DNA of 64,000 nucleotides from Candidatus Campbellbacteria bacterium (GTDB taxonomy: Bacteria > Patescibacteriota > Minisyncoccia > Phycocordibacterales > UBA1006). Position 1 is the stretch's first letter; every line of letters begins with the position of its first letter. Shown one piece after another: positions 18,505 through 27,415 of the stretch. Below the pieces are notes generated by a model. That model saw only the letters and a list, made by a program, of their open reading frames with translations, did not search any database and was not told where the DNA came from. The translations under genes and the position numbers were made by a program. The DNA lies in NCBI GenBank assembly GCA_002698305.1, contig NZWR01000004.1, positions 164,161 to 228,160 of the forward strand. Reading direction: 5' to 3'.

Positions 18505-18523
18505 ACAAGTAGTTGGTTAGTAA

Positions 18524-18976
18524 TTAAAAAGGAATATCTTCTGGATTAATATCTTCTTCTGGATATTCGATAGTATCTGGCTCTGAATCGTCTTGTGGAG
18601 CTGATACTGGATTTTCAGATTGAGGAGTCATATTGCCAACACCTTGTGCCCGGCTTCCAAACTGAACGCTCTCTGCGACAACTTCAGTTCGGTACATCTT
18701 TTTACCTGAACCTGCGTCATCCCACGACCGTGTTTGCATACGCCCTTCAACCATCGCTTGAGAACCTTTTTTCAAATACTGAGCTGAAGTTTCAGCCTGA
18801 CGCCCAAATACCACGATATTGTGATAGTCAACTGCTTCTTGTTTTTGCCCCGCTTGGTCTTTCCAAACACGGTTTGTTGCAAGAGAGAAGTTGGTTACCT
18901 TGATTCCTGAAGGAAGTGTTTTCATTTCAGGATCTCGAGTTAGGTTTCCAATGATTGTAGCTTTGTTTAAATACAT
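18524..18976 (-). CDS. ssb: Single-stranded DNA-binding protein
   Basis: An OB fold (MYLNKATIIGNLTRDPE) is followed by an acidic tail ending DIPF. Confidence 0.93.
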   Translation of the reverse strand: MYLNKATIIGNLTRDPEMKTLPSGIKVTNFSLATNRVWKDQAGQKQEAVDYHNIVVFGRQAETSAQYLKKGSQAMVEGRMQTRSWDDAGSGKKMYRTEVVAESVQFGSRAQGVGNMTPQSENPVSAPQDDSEPDTIEYPEEDINPEDIPF

Positions 18977-19041
18977 AATAGATGTGTGGTTAATGAATAC
19001 CTCATAAGTATACCAAGAGGTATACCTGGTGAATAGTTACG

Positions 19042-19821
19042 TTATTCTCGTCCTCCATCAAGCTGTGCTTGAAGTGTTTCAAGTTCGTCCCATTTACCAT
19101 TCTTGGCAAGTGTTGCTTGTTTTTTCCATGTAGATGGATCATGTTGCGATAAATCAGCAGCAGCAAGATAATCACGTAGATCTCCCACCTTTGACCCTGA
19201 TAAATCAGCGTAAGTATAAATATCTTTTTTATTTAATACCTCTGCAATTTTTGGTCCGATTCCTTCAATTTTAGTTAAATCATCTGAAATTGAAGAAGAT
19301 GCTGACTGAGTTGTTTCAGAATCATCTGATGTAGATTCGTCTGAATCATCTTCATCTACTAGTTCTGCTCCTCCAAAATCTTCGTCATCTTCGTCTTCGT
19401 CATCGCTCTTGTTAACACGTGCAAGTTTGTACGGTCGTTCTGAAACAATCGTATTATCTCGCTCTGTTTTAATAACAAGTGATCGAATTATGGTTTCAAT
19501 AGCTTCTACTTCGTCAGTAAGCTCATCAATAACATCTGGTGTTACGTCAAACTTAATCCATCCGAAATATGCTTGAGAATAGATATGTTTTTTATTATTA
19601 ATCATTTTGGTCATATCATATGCCAAATCAATTAATTGAGGTTGTTCCTCTGAAATTACAATACCTTTGTGTTTAGTAATAATAGCCACTAGCGCATCGC
19701 GCTCTTCTGTGAGATCCCCTTCGTTTACGGTTGGCATTAAAAGATACCCTACTTCGTAAACGCGTGGCTCAGGTGTGTAAACACCTTGTTGAGAATCTGC
19801 GTGTGTATTATTTTCTTTCAT
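19042..19821 (-). CDS. rpsF: 30S ribosomal protein S6 (bS6) fused to an acidic linker and a C-terminal helix-hairpin-helix module
   Basis: Residues 20-125 match the S6 pattern (VYEVGYLL...YFGWIKFDV...IIRSLVIKT), in the canonical rpsF-ssb-rpsR order. Residues 139-170 are D/E/S-rich. Residues 180-259 contain LTKIEGIGPKIAEVL (HhH). Confidence 0.85.
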   Translation of the reverse strand: MKENNTHADSQQGVYTPEPRVYEVGYLLMPTVNEGDLTEERDALVAIITKHKGIVISEEQPQLIDLAYDMTKMINNKKHIYSQAYFGWIKFDVTPDVIDELTDEVEAIETIIRSLVIKTERDNTIVSERPYKLARVNKSDDEDEDDEDFGGAELVDEDDSDESTSDDSETTQSASSSISDDLTKIEGIGPKIAEVLNKKDIYTYADLSGSKVGDLRDYLAAADLSQHDPSTWKKQATLAKNGKWDELETLQAQLDGGRE

Positions 19822-19854
19822 ACCCTGTTTATACTACGGATTTTAACTTTTTTG

Positions 19855-19888
19855 TAAATAAAAACCTCGCGCAGCAAAAGCGCGAGGT
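19855..19888 (-). terminator. Strong GC hairpin plus U-run about 35 nt upstream of the rpsF ATG (terminator or attenuator)
   Basis: Minus strand: ACCTCGCGC-ttttgct-GCGCGAGGT followed by TTTTATTT. Confidence 0.65.
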
Positions 19889-19924
19889 ATATTGGGGATG
19901 TGAGTTTTACAGCTCTCTACTGTC

Positions 19925-19965
19925 AAAAATCAAAACAAACTTAGGTTGGCCCTCATCGGGGCCAA
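19925..19965 (-). terminator. Hairpin plus T-rich tract right after the 87-aa ORF
   Basis: Minus strand: TTGGCCC-cgatga-GGGCCAA, then CCTAAGTTTGTTTTGATTTTTG. Confidence 0.5.
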
Positions 19966-19967
19966 AG

Positions 19968-20231
19968 TTACACGAAGCCTGAGCTCGACATGCACGGTAT
20001 AACTACGTACCATTCTTGCTCATACAGTATTACCTGTTTGTCTTTGCGCTTAACTTTGATTTCTACAATCCCATCAAATAGTACTACTTCATCGGTCTTT
20101 TCTGCATTTTGAGCAGGCAATACGTAGGTAATACTATCTTGTGGTATTTCTTTTTCGATTTTTTCTTCCATTCCGTAACCTATGTAGCTAACGGAAAGAA
20201 TACATATACTCAGTACAATGTTCCGTTTCAT
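19968..20231 (-). CDS. Small secreted hypothetical protein
   Basis: 87 aa with an N-terminal signal-like segment MKRNIVLSICILSVSYIG. Confidence 0.45.
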   Translation of the reverse strand: MKRNIVLSICILSVSYIGYGMEEKIEKEIPQDSITYVLPAQNAEKTDEVVLFDGIVEIKVKRKDKQVILYEQEWYVVIPCMSSSGFV

Positions 20232-20291
20232 ATAGTTTAGGATTGGTTATTTGTCTTTATTATACATCAAATCGACACCTTCCCGAAAAAG

Positions 20292-20315
20292 AAAAATAGT
20301 TGTACAACTATTTTT
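20292..20315 (-). terminator. AT-rich palindromic hairpin overlapping the TatD-family stop codon
   Basis: AAAAATAGTTGTACAACTATTTTT contains a 16-nt perfect palindrome core. Confidence 0.45.
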
Positions 20316-21153
20316 TTAATCTGTACAGATTCTGTGCATTTTCCATTACCTGATTTGCCATCTCATATTCATCTATTTTTTTAATGCGGGCTATCTTACC
20401 AAGAACCTCACGAACGTGTGATGGTTCATTCCTCTGACCCCGATATGGATGTGGTGTTACATATGGCGCGTCTGTTTCAGATAAAATTTTATCATTTGGA
20501 ACAGCCTTCACTAGTTTCTCATACATACCTGCAAAGGTAATCACCCCAGTAAATGAAATATAAAAACCAAGTTCAATAAATTCTTGTGCTATTTCAGGAG
20601 TTCCCGCAAAAAAATGCGCCTGCCCTCGTAGATTACCCTTGTCCTTATATTCACCAAGAATCTCAAGAACATCACGGTATGCATTCATTGAGCCTTCTGA
20701 GGGACGGACATGCAGCATCAGCGGTAAATCAAGCTCAAGCGCTAATTCAATTTGGGCTCTAAAGGCCTTCTCTTGTGCTGCTTTCGTCTCTTTAGTATTT
20801 CGATAATAGTCGAGTCCACATTCCCCTATCCCTACTATTTTATCTGATGATTCCGCTAGGTTACGATAATATTCTATATCAAAGATCTCCCCACGCGACG
20901 TAAATTCATCTCCATCTTCACCTACCTCATCGTGGTCATGGAAAACAGAGGTGGTATGAATTGGATGAAGTCCTATAATTGCATAGAGATGTTCATTTTG
21001 CTGTGCCAATTCTACTGCACGCTGTGAGGTGTCTTGCTGAGTACCAACATTAATGACCATAACATCATCCCTGTAGGTACGATCGATAATCTCATCAATA
21101 TCATCATGATAAATCGCAAAATTCATATGCGCATGGGTGTCAATATATTTCAT
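20308..21153 (-). CDS. TatD-family metal-dependent hydrolase/DNase
   Basis: MKYIDTHAHMNF start, with IGECGLDY, HVR and ETDAPY motifs. Confidence 0.88.
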   Translation of the reverse strand: MKYIDTHAHMNFAIYHDDIDEIIDRTYRDDVMVINVGTQQDTSQRAVELAQQNEHLYAIIGLHPIHTTSVFHDHDEVGEDGDEFTSRGEIFDIEYYRNLAESSDKIVGIGECGLDYYRNTKETKAAQEKAFRAQIELALELDLPLMLHVRPSEGSMNAYRDVLEILGEYKDKGNLRGQAHFFAGTPEIAQEFIELGFYISFTGVITFAGMYEKLVKAVPNDKILSETDAPYVTPHPYRGQRNEPSHVREVLGKIARIKKIDEYEMANQVMENAQNLYRLKK

Positions 21154-21181
21154 ATAATAAGTGTATGAAAAAACAAAGAGC

Positions 21182-22042
21182 TTACAAGCTTTTGTTATTT
21201 TTGACCTTCGCTATGTCATAAATAATTAACTCGAAAAGAATTTCTATAGATTTTTTTTCTACTGGATGCTGCTGTAAAAAATAGTGATATCCAGGATTCG
21301 TATTTACCTCTAAAATAGTCATACTATTGGCTGGCTCTGAATAATTTCCAGGAATCATAACGTCTATCGCAGCATATGTTAAATTCAATACTCTCAAAGC
21401 CCTCACGGCCTGATTAATATATTGGGTATGAATCTCGTTCGTACAAACAGTTGCAGTTGCCCCATCTGATAAATTCCCCAGATGAGAATGCTTTCCATTT
21501 TTACCAATGCGGGGTTGTTTTGAATATGCCATAAAAAGTTTTCCATCATATATTACCAAACGTATTTCTATCCCCGATACTGCCTTCTCAATAATCAGCT
21601 CTCGTTCTGTTTGTAATCCTGTTCTTATTAATTCTTCTAGTTCGACAAGATGAGTTATTTTTTTAACACCCTGCCCTTGTGATCCTTCAGCGGGCTTGAG
21701 GAAAAAAGGGAAACCTTTTTCCTGAACAAAATCATTAATTTTTTCAGACTGCTGATCATACGAATAGTCATCATTATCAATGTACTCTTTATTGAATACT
21801 TGTAATGATTCCGGTACCAGAAAACCAGCTTCTTTTAACATCTGCAGGCAGGTCCATTTATGTCTTGCTATTCGTACTGGGACATAATTATTGATTCCAA
21901 GGTCATTATAAGAGACGTAGTGTCGCTCATTATTTTTGAATTTCATGTAGCCAAAAACAGAAGAATGCTTTTCAAAACAAACGGTATATTCATATCTGTT
22001 AGCAAATTTTTCAAGCATGGTTCTTGTAAAGGAACGTTTCAT
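21182..22042 (-). CDS. ATP-grasp ligase, RimK/glutathione-synthetase-like
   Basis: KWTCLQMLKEAGFLVPES...FFLKPAEGSQGQGV...EIRLVIYDG...EVNTNPG has ATP-grasp motif order. Confidence 0.7.
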   Translation of the reverse strand: MKRSFTRTMLEKFANRYEYTVCFEKHSSVFGYMKFKNNERHYVSYNDLGINNYVPVRIARHKWTCLQMLKEAGFLVPESLQVFNKEYIDNDDYSYDQQSEKINDFVQEKGFPFFLKPAEGSQGQGVKKITHLVELEELIRTGLQTERELIIEKAVSGIEIRLVIYDGKLFMAYSKQPRIGKNGKHSHLGNLSDGATATVCTNEIHTQYINQAVRALRVLNLTYAAIDVMIPGNYSEPANSMTILEVNTNPGYHYFLQQHPVEKKSIEILFELIIYDIAKVKNNKSL

Positions 22043-22115
22043 ACCTCAACTATACCGTGCTGATTACGTCTAGCCAATGACATCAAATAAGGTACAATAG
22101 CCAAGTAATTTAGCT

Positions 22116-23411
22116 ATGGTAAAGAACTCAGATAAGAAAAAGTATGTGGTATATGTTGGGAAGGTTAAAGCTTTTAGAGAAACACTTGAAGAACATATCG
22201 CTGCAAAAAAGCTTCCGTGGAAAATTCTTTCATTAGTAAGTAATGGACACGAAGCCGATATACAACCAGAGACAGATTTTTACAAACAAATTCATATAAA
22301 CTTTAACGACGTAGATGATATTAAAGAGTTTGTATTAGAGTATGGAAGATCTATTATAGCTGTCGTTAACCGGGGCGAGAGGTATATTCCTGATTACCAA
22401 AAACTTATACCCCATCTTCCTAAACGACTGCTCGTCCCAAGTGTTGACGCTCTCACTAAGGCAACCGAAAAGACTGCGATGAGAAAAGCTTTTTGGAAAT
22501 ATGATAAATCTATCACACCAAAATTTGAAATTTTAACTGAAATTTCAGATGAAGAAATCACTCGTATCAACAAACGACTAGAGTTTCCTGTGATTGTAAA
22601 ACCATCTGGACTTGCCCAAGCAGTACTGGTCCAAGCCGCACACTACCCTGCTGAACTTAAAGAAATTTTGCTTAAAATGCAAAAATACATTAAGAGCTCA
22701 TACAAAAAAATGAAAGGGCGCGGCACCCCAACTATTCTCATTGAGGAAATCATAGATGGGGATCAATACTCAGTCGAAGCATTTGTTGATGAAATTGGAA
22801 ATGTTTCCTTCTGCCCATTCATTAAATATATAACCAGCGGTCAAAAAGGTTTTGACGATTTCTTTAGTTATGAACAAACAACACCTGCGACTATTTCAAA
22901 AGAATCAGCCCAACTGGCTAAAGAAGTTTCAATCAAAGGGATCCATGCGCTTGGACTTCGAAATTCAATTGCTCATATTGAGTTAATCCGTAAAGAAGGT
23001 GAATGGAAAATTGTTGAAATTGGAGCGCGCATGGGTGGATTTAGATCAATGATGTATAGAAACTCTTTTGGAATAAATCTTGATATACAAGATATTAAAA
23101 TCCATCTTGGACGCCCTGTGAAAATTCCTCGTAAGAAGAAAGGATATACATCAGTAATCAAATTCTTTGCAAAAGAAGAAGGAACCATCACCAAAATTTC
23201 TGGTATTAAAAAGGCCGAAAAATTACCAAGTTTTATGGGTACCGTACAAAACCTCAAAAAAGGAGATCGGGCTCAGTTTGCAAAAAATGGTGGGACCTAT
23301 GTTTTTCGGGTGACTCTCTTTAATGAAAATAAAGCTCAATTCATTGAAGATAAACGAAGACTTGAAAAAATGGTACATATCGAAACACAAAAAGTACGTT
23401 CAAAAAAATAA
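22116..23411 (+). CDS. ATP-grasp domain protein (carboxylate-amine ligase-like) with an N-terminal pre-ATP-grasp domain
   Basis: EFPVIVKPSGLAQAVLV...ILIEEIIDGDQYSVEAF...HIELIRKEGEWKIVEIGARMGG. Confidence 0.7.
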   Translation: MVKNSDKKKYVVYVGKVKAFRETLEEHIAAKKLPWKILSLVSNGHEADIQPETDFYKQIHINFNDVDDIKEFVLEYGRSIIAVVNRGERYIPDYQKLIPHLPKRLLVPSVDALTKATEKTAMRKAFWKYDKSITPKFEILTEISDEEITRINKRLEFPVIVKPSGLAQAVLVQAAHYPAELKEILLKMQKYIKSSYKKMKGRGTPTILIEEIIDGDQYSVEAFVDEIGNVSFCPFIKYITSGQKGFDDFFSYEQTTPATISKESAQLAKEVSIKGIHALGLRNSIAHIELIRKEGEWKIVEIGARMGGFRSMMYRNSFGINLDIQDIKIHLGRPVKIPRKKKGYTSVIKFFAKEEGTITKISGIKKAEKLPSFMGTVQNLKKGDRAQFAKNGGTYVFRVTLFNENKAQFIEDKRRLEKMVHIETQKVRSKK

Positions 23412-23431
23412 GCCATATGTGGCTTATTTTT
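23402..23431. terminator. Bidirectional hairpin terminator
   Basis: AAATAAGCCA-tatg-TGGCTTATTT overlaps both convergent stop codons. Confidence 0.75.
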
Positions 23432-24878
23432 CTAATTCAATTCGTTTAAACAATGGTTCTTTAGGGAGAGATGCATTCGTGATGCACCGTTGAATTTTTT
23501 CAGCTGTTTCAGGCATGAAAGGATACAAACTTACCGCCAGACGCTGAATTTCTTCGGCGAGATAATAGAGATCCTTGTGTGCACCTTCTCTATCTTCTTT
23601 AATTTTTTTAAATGGCTTATGCTCAGCGATAAATTGATCAAGATCACCAACCAGGCGCCACATTTCATCCATCGCTTTTGGGAAATCAAAATTTTCAATG
23701 TGATCAGAGTGATATGCATAAATAGGATCATGGTCATTGAAATTAACACTACTTATATCAACTTCATAACTGGTTATCATTTTCATAACACGTTGAACAA
23801 GATTCCCTATCCCATTTGCAAGGTGTGCGTTATAGGCCTCATTAATTTTTTCCATGGTCACATCTGAATCATCAAATGAGTGCACATGTCTGAGTAAGAA
23901 ATAACGAAGCGCTTCTGACCCATAAGTATCTACAACATCATAAGGGCTAATAACATTACCTAGTGATTTTGACATTTTTTGACCTCCTGAATTGATAAAG
24001 CCACCTATGACGATATGCCGTGATGTCGGTAAGTCAGCTGCCATAAGCATTGCCTGCCACATAGCTGATTGCTGTCTAAGGTTATCCTTTCCCGCAAATT
24101 GGACAGGTTGTCCTTCGGTCCAAAATTTTTCAAAGGTATCAAGGTCGTTTGGCCAACCTAAGGTAGAAATATAATTTACCAAAGCATCAAACCATACATA
24201 CATAACATGATCCCCGTCTCCAGGTACCGGCACACCCCATGGCATTTTTGTTTTTAAGCGAGAAATAGAAAAATCTTCTAATCCATTTTCAACAAACTTT
24301 TTAATTTCATTTTGTCTAAATGAAGGAATGACAAAATCCTTGCGTTCAGCATAAAGACCAAGAAGCTTGTCTTGGAATGCTGAAAACTTAAAAAAATAAT
24401 TCTCTTCATCAAGAAGCTGCACTTTCCTGTCTGGATGAACTGGACACTTCCCATCTTCTAGTTCTGAGTCTGTTTTAGCAAGTTCACAACCAACACAATA
24501 TTTTGTTTGATAATTTTTTTTGTAAATATACCCGTTATCATCGCAACGCTGCCAGAACGCTTGCGCGGCCTCTCTATGAGACGCATCAGTTGTTCGAACA
24601 AAATGTATATCTTCTGAAATATTTAAAAGCTCAACAAGTCCTTTAAATTTTCCCAAAAGTCCGTCTACGTATTCTTGAGTTGAGATACCTTTCTCTTCTG
24701 CTTTTTCGTGGATTTTTGTACCATGTTCATCAGTACCTGTATTAAAAAACACCTCATCATTTTGAAGTTTTTTATACCGAGCGTATGCATCAGCTTTTAT
24801 TATCTCAAGAGCAAAGCCGATATGAGGATCAGCATTCACGTAAGGTAATGTTGTTGTAATATATTGAGGATTCTTCAT
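23424..24878 (-). CDS. metG: Methionyl-tRNA synthetase (short form, no C-terminal tRNA-binding domain)
   Basis: LPYVNADPHIGF (HIGH-like), a CVGCE...CPVH zinc knuckle, and KMSKSLGNV. Confidence 0.95.
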   Translation of the reverse strand: MKNPQYITTTLPYVNADPHIGFALEIIKADAYARYKKLQNDEVFFNTGTDEHGTKIHEKAEEKGISTQEYVDGLLGKFKGLVELLNISEDIHFVRTTDASHREAAQAFWQRCDDNGYIYKKNYQTKYCVGCELAKTDSELEDGKCPVHPDRKVQLLDEENYFFKFSAFQDKLLGLYAERKDFVIPSFRQNEIKKFVENGLEDFSISRLKTKMPWGVPVPGDGDHVMYVWFDALVNYISTLGWPNDLDTFEKFWTEGQPVQFAGKDNLRQQSAMWQAMLMAADLPTSRHIVIGGFINSGGQKMSKSLGNVISPYDVVDTYGSEALRYFLLRHVHSFDDSDVTMEKINEAYNAHLANGIGNLVQRVMKMITSYEVDISSVNFNDHDPIYAYHSDHIENFDFPKAMDEMWRLVGDLDQFIAEHKPFKKIKEDREGAHKDLYYLAEEIQRLAVSLYPFMPETAEKIQRCITNASLPKEPLFKRIELEK

Positions 24879-24880
24879 AG

Positions 24881-25948
24881 TTATTTCTTTCGCTTATGTG
24901 TTGGAACAACGACGGTCAATTCTTCTGGTGTTAGAAGAGGTTCTCTATTTTGTGATTTGTATTGTTCAGATTCTGCAATGAGCTCCATCACAATTAGTGC
25001 TAACGGCATAGCTAACAACAGACCATAAATACCAAAGAGTTTAGCTCCAACAATTACTGAAATAATAACCACTAATGAAGGTACACCAGTCAATTTGTTG
25101 ACTATCAGCGGTTGAAGCCCTAAGTCAAGAATTTGCTGAAGAACAAGATAAAATACAGCCACTCCTACCCCTGCCCAGATACCTCCGCTCCCTAAGGCAA
25201 TAGCAATAGCAGGTAACAGCGCCAAGAAAATTCCATAAGGCACCAACCCAAAGACACCGGCTAAAATCGCAAGAAGGAATGCATAAGGAATACCAGCCAA
25301 GGCAAGTCCTGTATAGGTTAGCACCGTAAGAATTACGGCAATAATAAGTTGCCCTCTAAACCATGATCCAATTTTTCGCTGCACTCGATGCCACAAATCA
25401 ACGACTCGATCTTCATATTTCATCGGTGTCATAATACGCAACAAATGATCAATTCCATATTGAGTTGCACTTAAATAGAATGATACAACAAAGATGATAA
25501 GGATATTCACCAAACCACCAAAGAAATTAATTGATGCAGAAAAAATTCTCTCTCTGGCTGCGGGATCCTGTAGCTGCTCACTAATACTTGAGAAACTAAT
25601 TGCTTCGCTTGATTGAGGAAGTAGATTATTACTACTCAAAAAAGCTTGAATTTCAGGATAGGTCTGCCCAAGAGCAGCAATTTCTCGCGCCAAGACAGGA
25701 AGAACAAAAATAACTAATAAACTAAGCACCAGACCAGCAACAAGGTAAAAGATAATAACTGAGGCAAGGCGTGGGATTTTAAATTTTCTTCCACGCACCA
25801 CAAAGTCCTCGATAAAGGCTGAGAGAATAACCCCAGCACCGAGTACTAAAAGAAAATCTCCTATGGTCCATAAACCATAGATAAGGATTCCAATCAAAGC
25901 GACTTCAAACAGATTATGTTTGTCAAAATGTATACGTACATCTTTCAT
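24881..25948 (-). CDS. AI-2E family transporter (PerM/UPF0118)
   Basis: 355-aa polytopic protein with the family-typical C-terminal pattern (GLVPYGIF...GVPSLVVIISVIVGAKLFGIYG). Confidence 0.75.
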   Translation of the reverse strand: MKDVRIHFDKHNLFEVALIGILIYGLWTIGDFLLVLGAGVILSAFIEDFVVRGRKFKIPRLASVIIFYLVAGLVLSLLVIFVLPVLAREIAALGQTYPEIQAFLSSNNLLPQSSEAISFSSISEQLQDPAARERIFSASINFFGGLVNILIIFVVSFYLSATQYGIDHLLRIMTPMKYEDRVVDLWHRVQRKIGSWFRGQLIIAVILTVLTYTGLALAGIPYAFLLAILAGVFGLVPYGIFLALLPAIAIALGSGGIWAGVGVAVFYLVLQQILDLGLQPLIVNKLTGVPSLVVIISVIVGAKLFGIYGLLLAMPLALIVMELIAESEQYKSQNREPLLTPEELTVVVPTHKRKK

Positions 25949-26013
25949 ACCTCCATCGTACCATGATTCACTCTGATTAAAATATCACGACGCCATCATG
26001 CTACAATGCAGGT

Positions 26014-27402
26014 ATGGAATTTATTGAAATTTTAACGATGCTCGTCACGATTATTTTTGCATCGAAAATCATAGCCAAGATTACAAAAACAGTCGATATT
26101 CTTTGGTACATTATTCTTGGGATGATAGGAACTCAATACGTCTTTCATTTAGATAGCGGGCTCTTAGATAACTGGGCGACACTTGGGGTTATTTTTATTA
26201 TGTTTTATGCCGGATGGCGTGAAGACTTGCTTACCTTTATCGGTGACATCTGGAAGCATAAATGGATTGCCTTAACGGGTGCTATTGGACCTTTTATTGG
26301 TGGAACTATCGCTTATCATTTACTTAATTTTACGACCACAGAAGCTATTGTTGCTGGATTTGTATTTACCTCAACAGCGATCCCTTATACCATCGGAGTC
26401 TTGCGCACTCTCGGCCTTGAAAATACTCGTGCCGCAAAAGCAGCAACGTCATCGTCGGTTGCCGATAATTTCTTATCTATTCTATTAGCTGTTGGTATTC
26501 TTCCTGCCTATGCCTTACTCGTCAGCTCAAAAGGAGGAAATGTTTCATTTGGTGAAATCTGGATTGATCTTGCACAGCAAGTAGGACTTATCTTTGGTGC
26601 TTTTGCTTTGTTTGGCCTTCTTGGTCTTCTTATTCTTCCAGACGCTCGAATGCATATGCGGATGAATATTCCTAATATTTTGCAACGCGATGGTATTCTT
26701 GCACGACTTACGTATTTTGTGGTGCGCATTAGACAAGCTCCAGGGTTCTATGGAATATCAAAGACATTAGCAAATCTTCGCATTGGTATTCCAATGACAC
26801 TACTCCTTATCTTTGGACTTGCATGGCTTGCTCATTATATGGGATTGCACCCTGCTATTACCGCCTACCTAACAGGACTCATTCTTCATGTTGAGATGTA
26901 TCATGAGACCGAAATCAGCGATATTACTCACGAAGAAACTCCCATTACGCATAAAAACCTTGGGGTCTTCTTCTACTTTGTTCAAGAATGGATTGGGCCT
27001 ATTTTCTTTATCCATCTCGGGTCACAGCTCGTTGTAGATTGGAGTCAGGCAGGTGATGTTATTGTCTATGGGATTGTTGCAGGAATTATCGTAGCTTTCT
27101 TTCAGTTCTGGTCTGCATATTTTGCTGGAAAGAAAACTTCTGGGCTTCCAGATCATGAAGCAACGCTTTTGGGAATCGGTATGCTGCCCTACGATATTGT
27201 TGCTTTTGTTGTGCTTGGTATCGCAACTGAAACAGGATTGATTAGTACTGATGGAAAATTTATTATCACGGTAATTCTTACTATCCTTGTGATCAACATC
27301 ATGACCTCGGTTGCCATGTTCTATTATCGAAAAGAGTATTTAAGTAAAAAAGAGTATCACGAAACATTAGAAGAACAACAAGCAAAAAAACCTTCGCACT
27401 AG
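26014..27402 (+). CDS. Cation:proton antiporter (Na+/H+ exchanger family)
   Basis: 462 aa with about 12 TM segments and a CPA-type pattern (FIMFYAGWRED...). Confidence 0.7.
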   Translation: MEFIEILTMLVTIIFASKIIAKITKTVDILWYIILGMIGTQYVFHLDSGLLDNWATLGVIFIMFYAGWREDLLTFIGDIWKHKWIALTGAIGPFIGGTIAYHLLNFTTTEAIVAGFVFTSTAIPYTIGVLRTLGLENTRAAKAATSSSVADNFLSILLAVGILPAYALLVSSKGGNVSFGEIWIDLAQQVGLIFGAFALFGLLGLLILPDARMHMRMNIPNILQRDGILARLTYFVVRIRQAPGFYGISKTLANLRIGIPMTLLLIFGLAWLAHYMGLHPAITAYLTGLILHVEMYHETEISDITHEETPITHKNLGVFFYFVQEWIGPIFFIHLGSQLVVDWSQAGDVIVYGIVAGIIVAFFQFWSAYFAGKKTSGLPDHEATLLGIGMLPYDIVAFVVLGIATETGLISTDGKFIITVILTILVINIMTSVAMFYYRKEYLSKKEYHETLEEQQAKKPSH

Positions 27403-27415
27403 CGAAGGTTTTTTA
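27384..27415. terminator. Bidirectional hairpin containing both convergent stop codons
   Basis: AAAAAACCTTCGC-acta-GCGAAGGTTTTTT. The plus-strand TAG (27400-27402) and minus-strand TAG (27399-27401) lie in the loop. Confidence 0.8.

Noticed and set aside
21182-23411. Calling the ATP-grasp pair a RiPP (e.g. graspetide/microviridin-like) cluster
   Set aside because: I found no candidate precursor-peptide ORF, transporter or protease in the immediate flanks (TatD on one side, MetRS on the other). The pair is reported only as ligases of unknown substrate.
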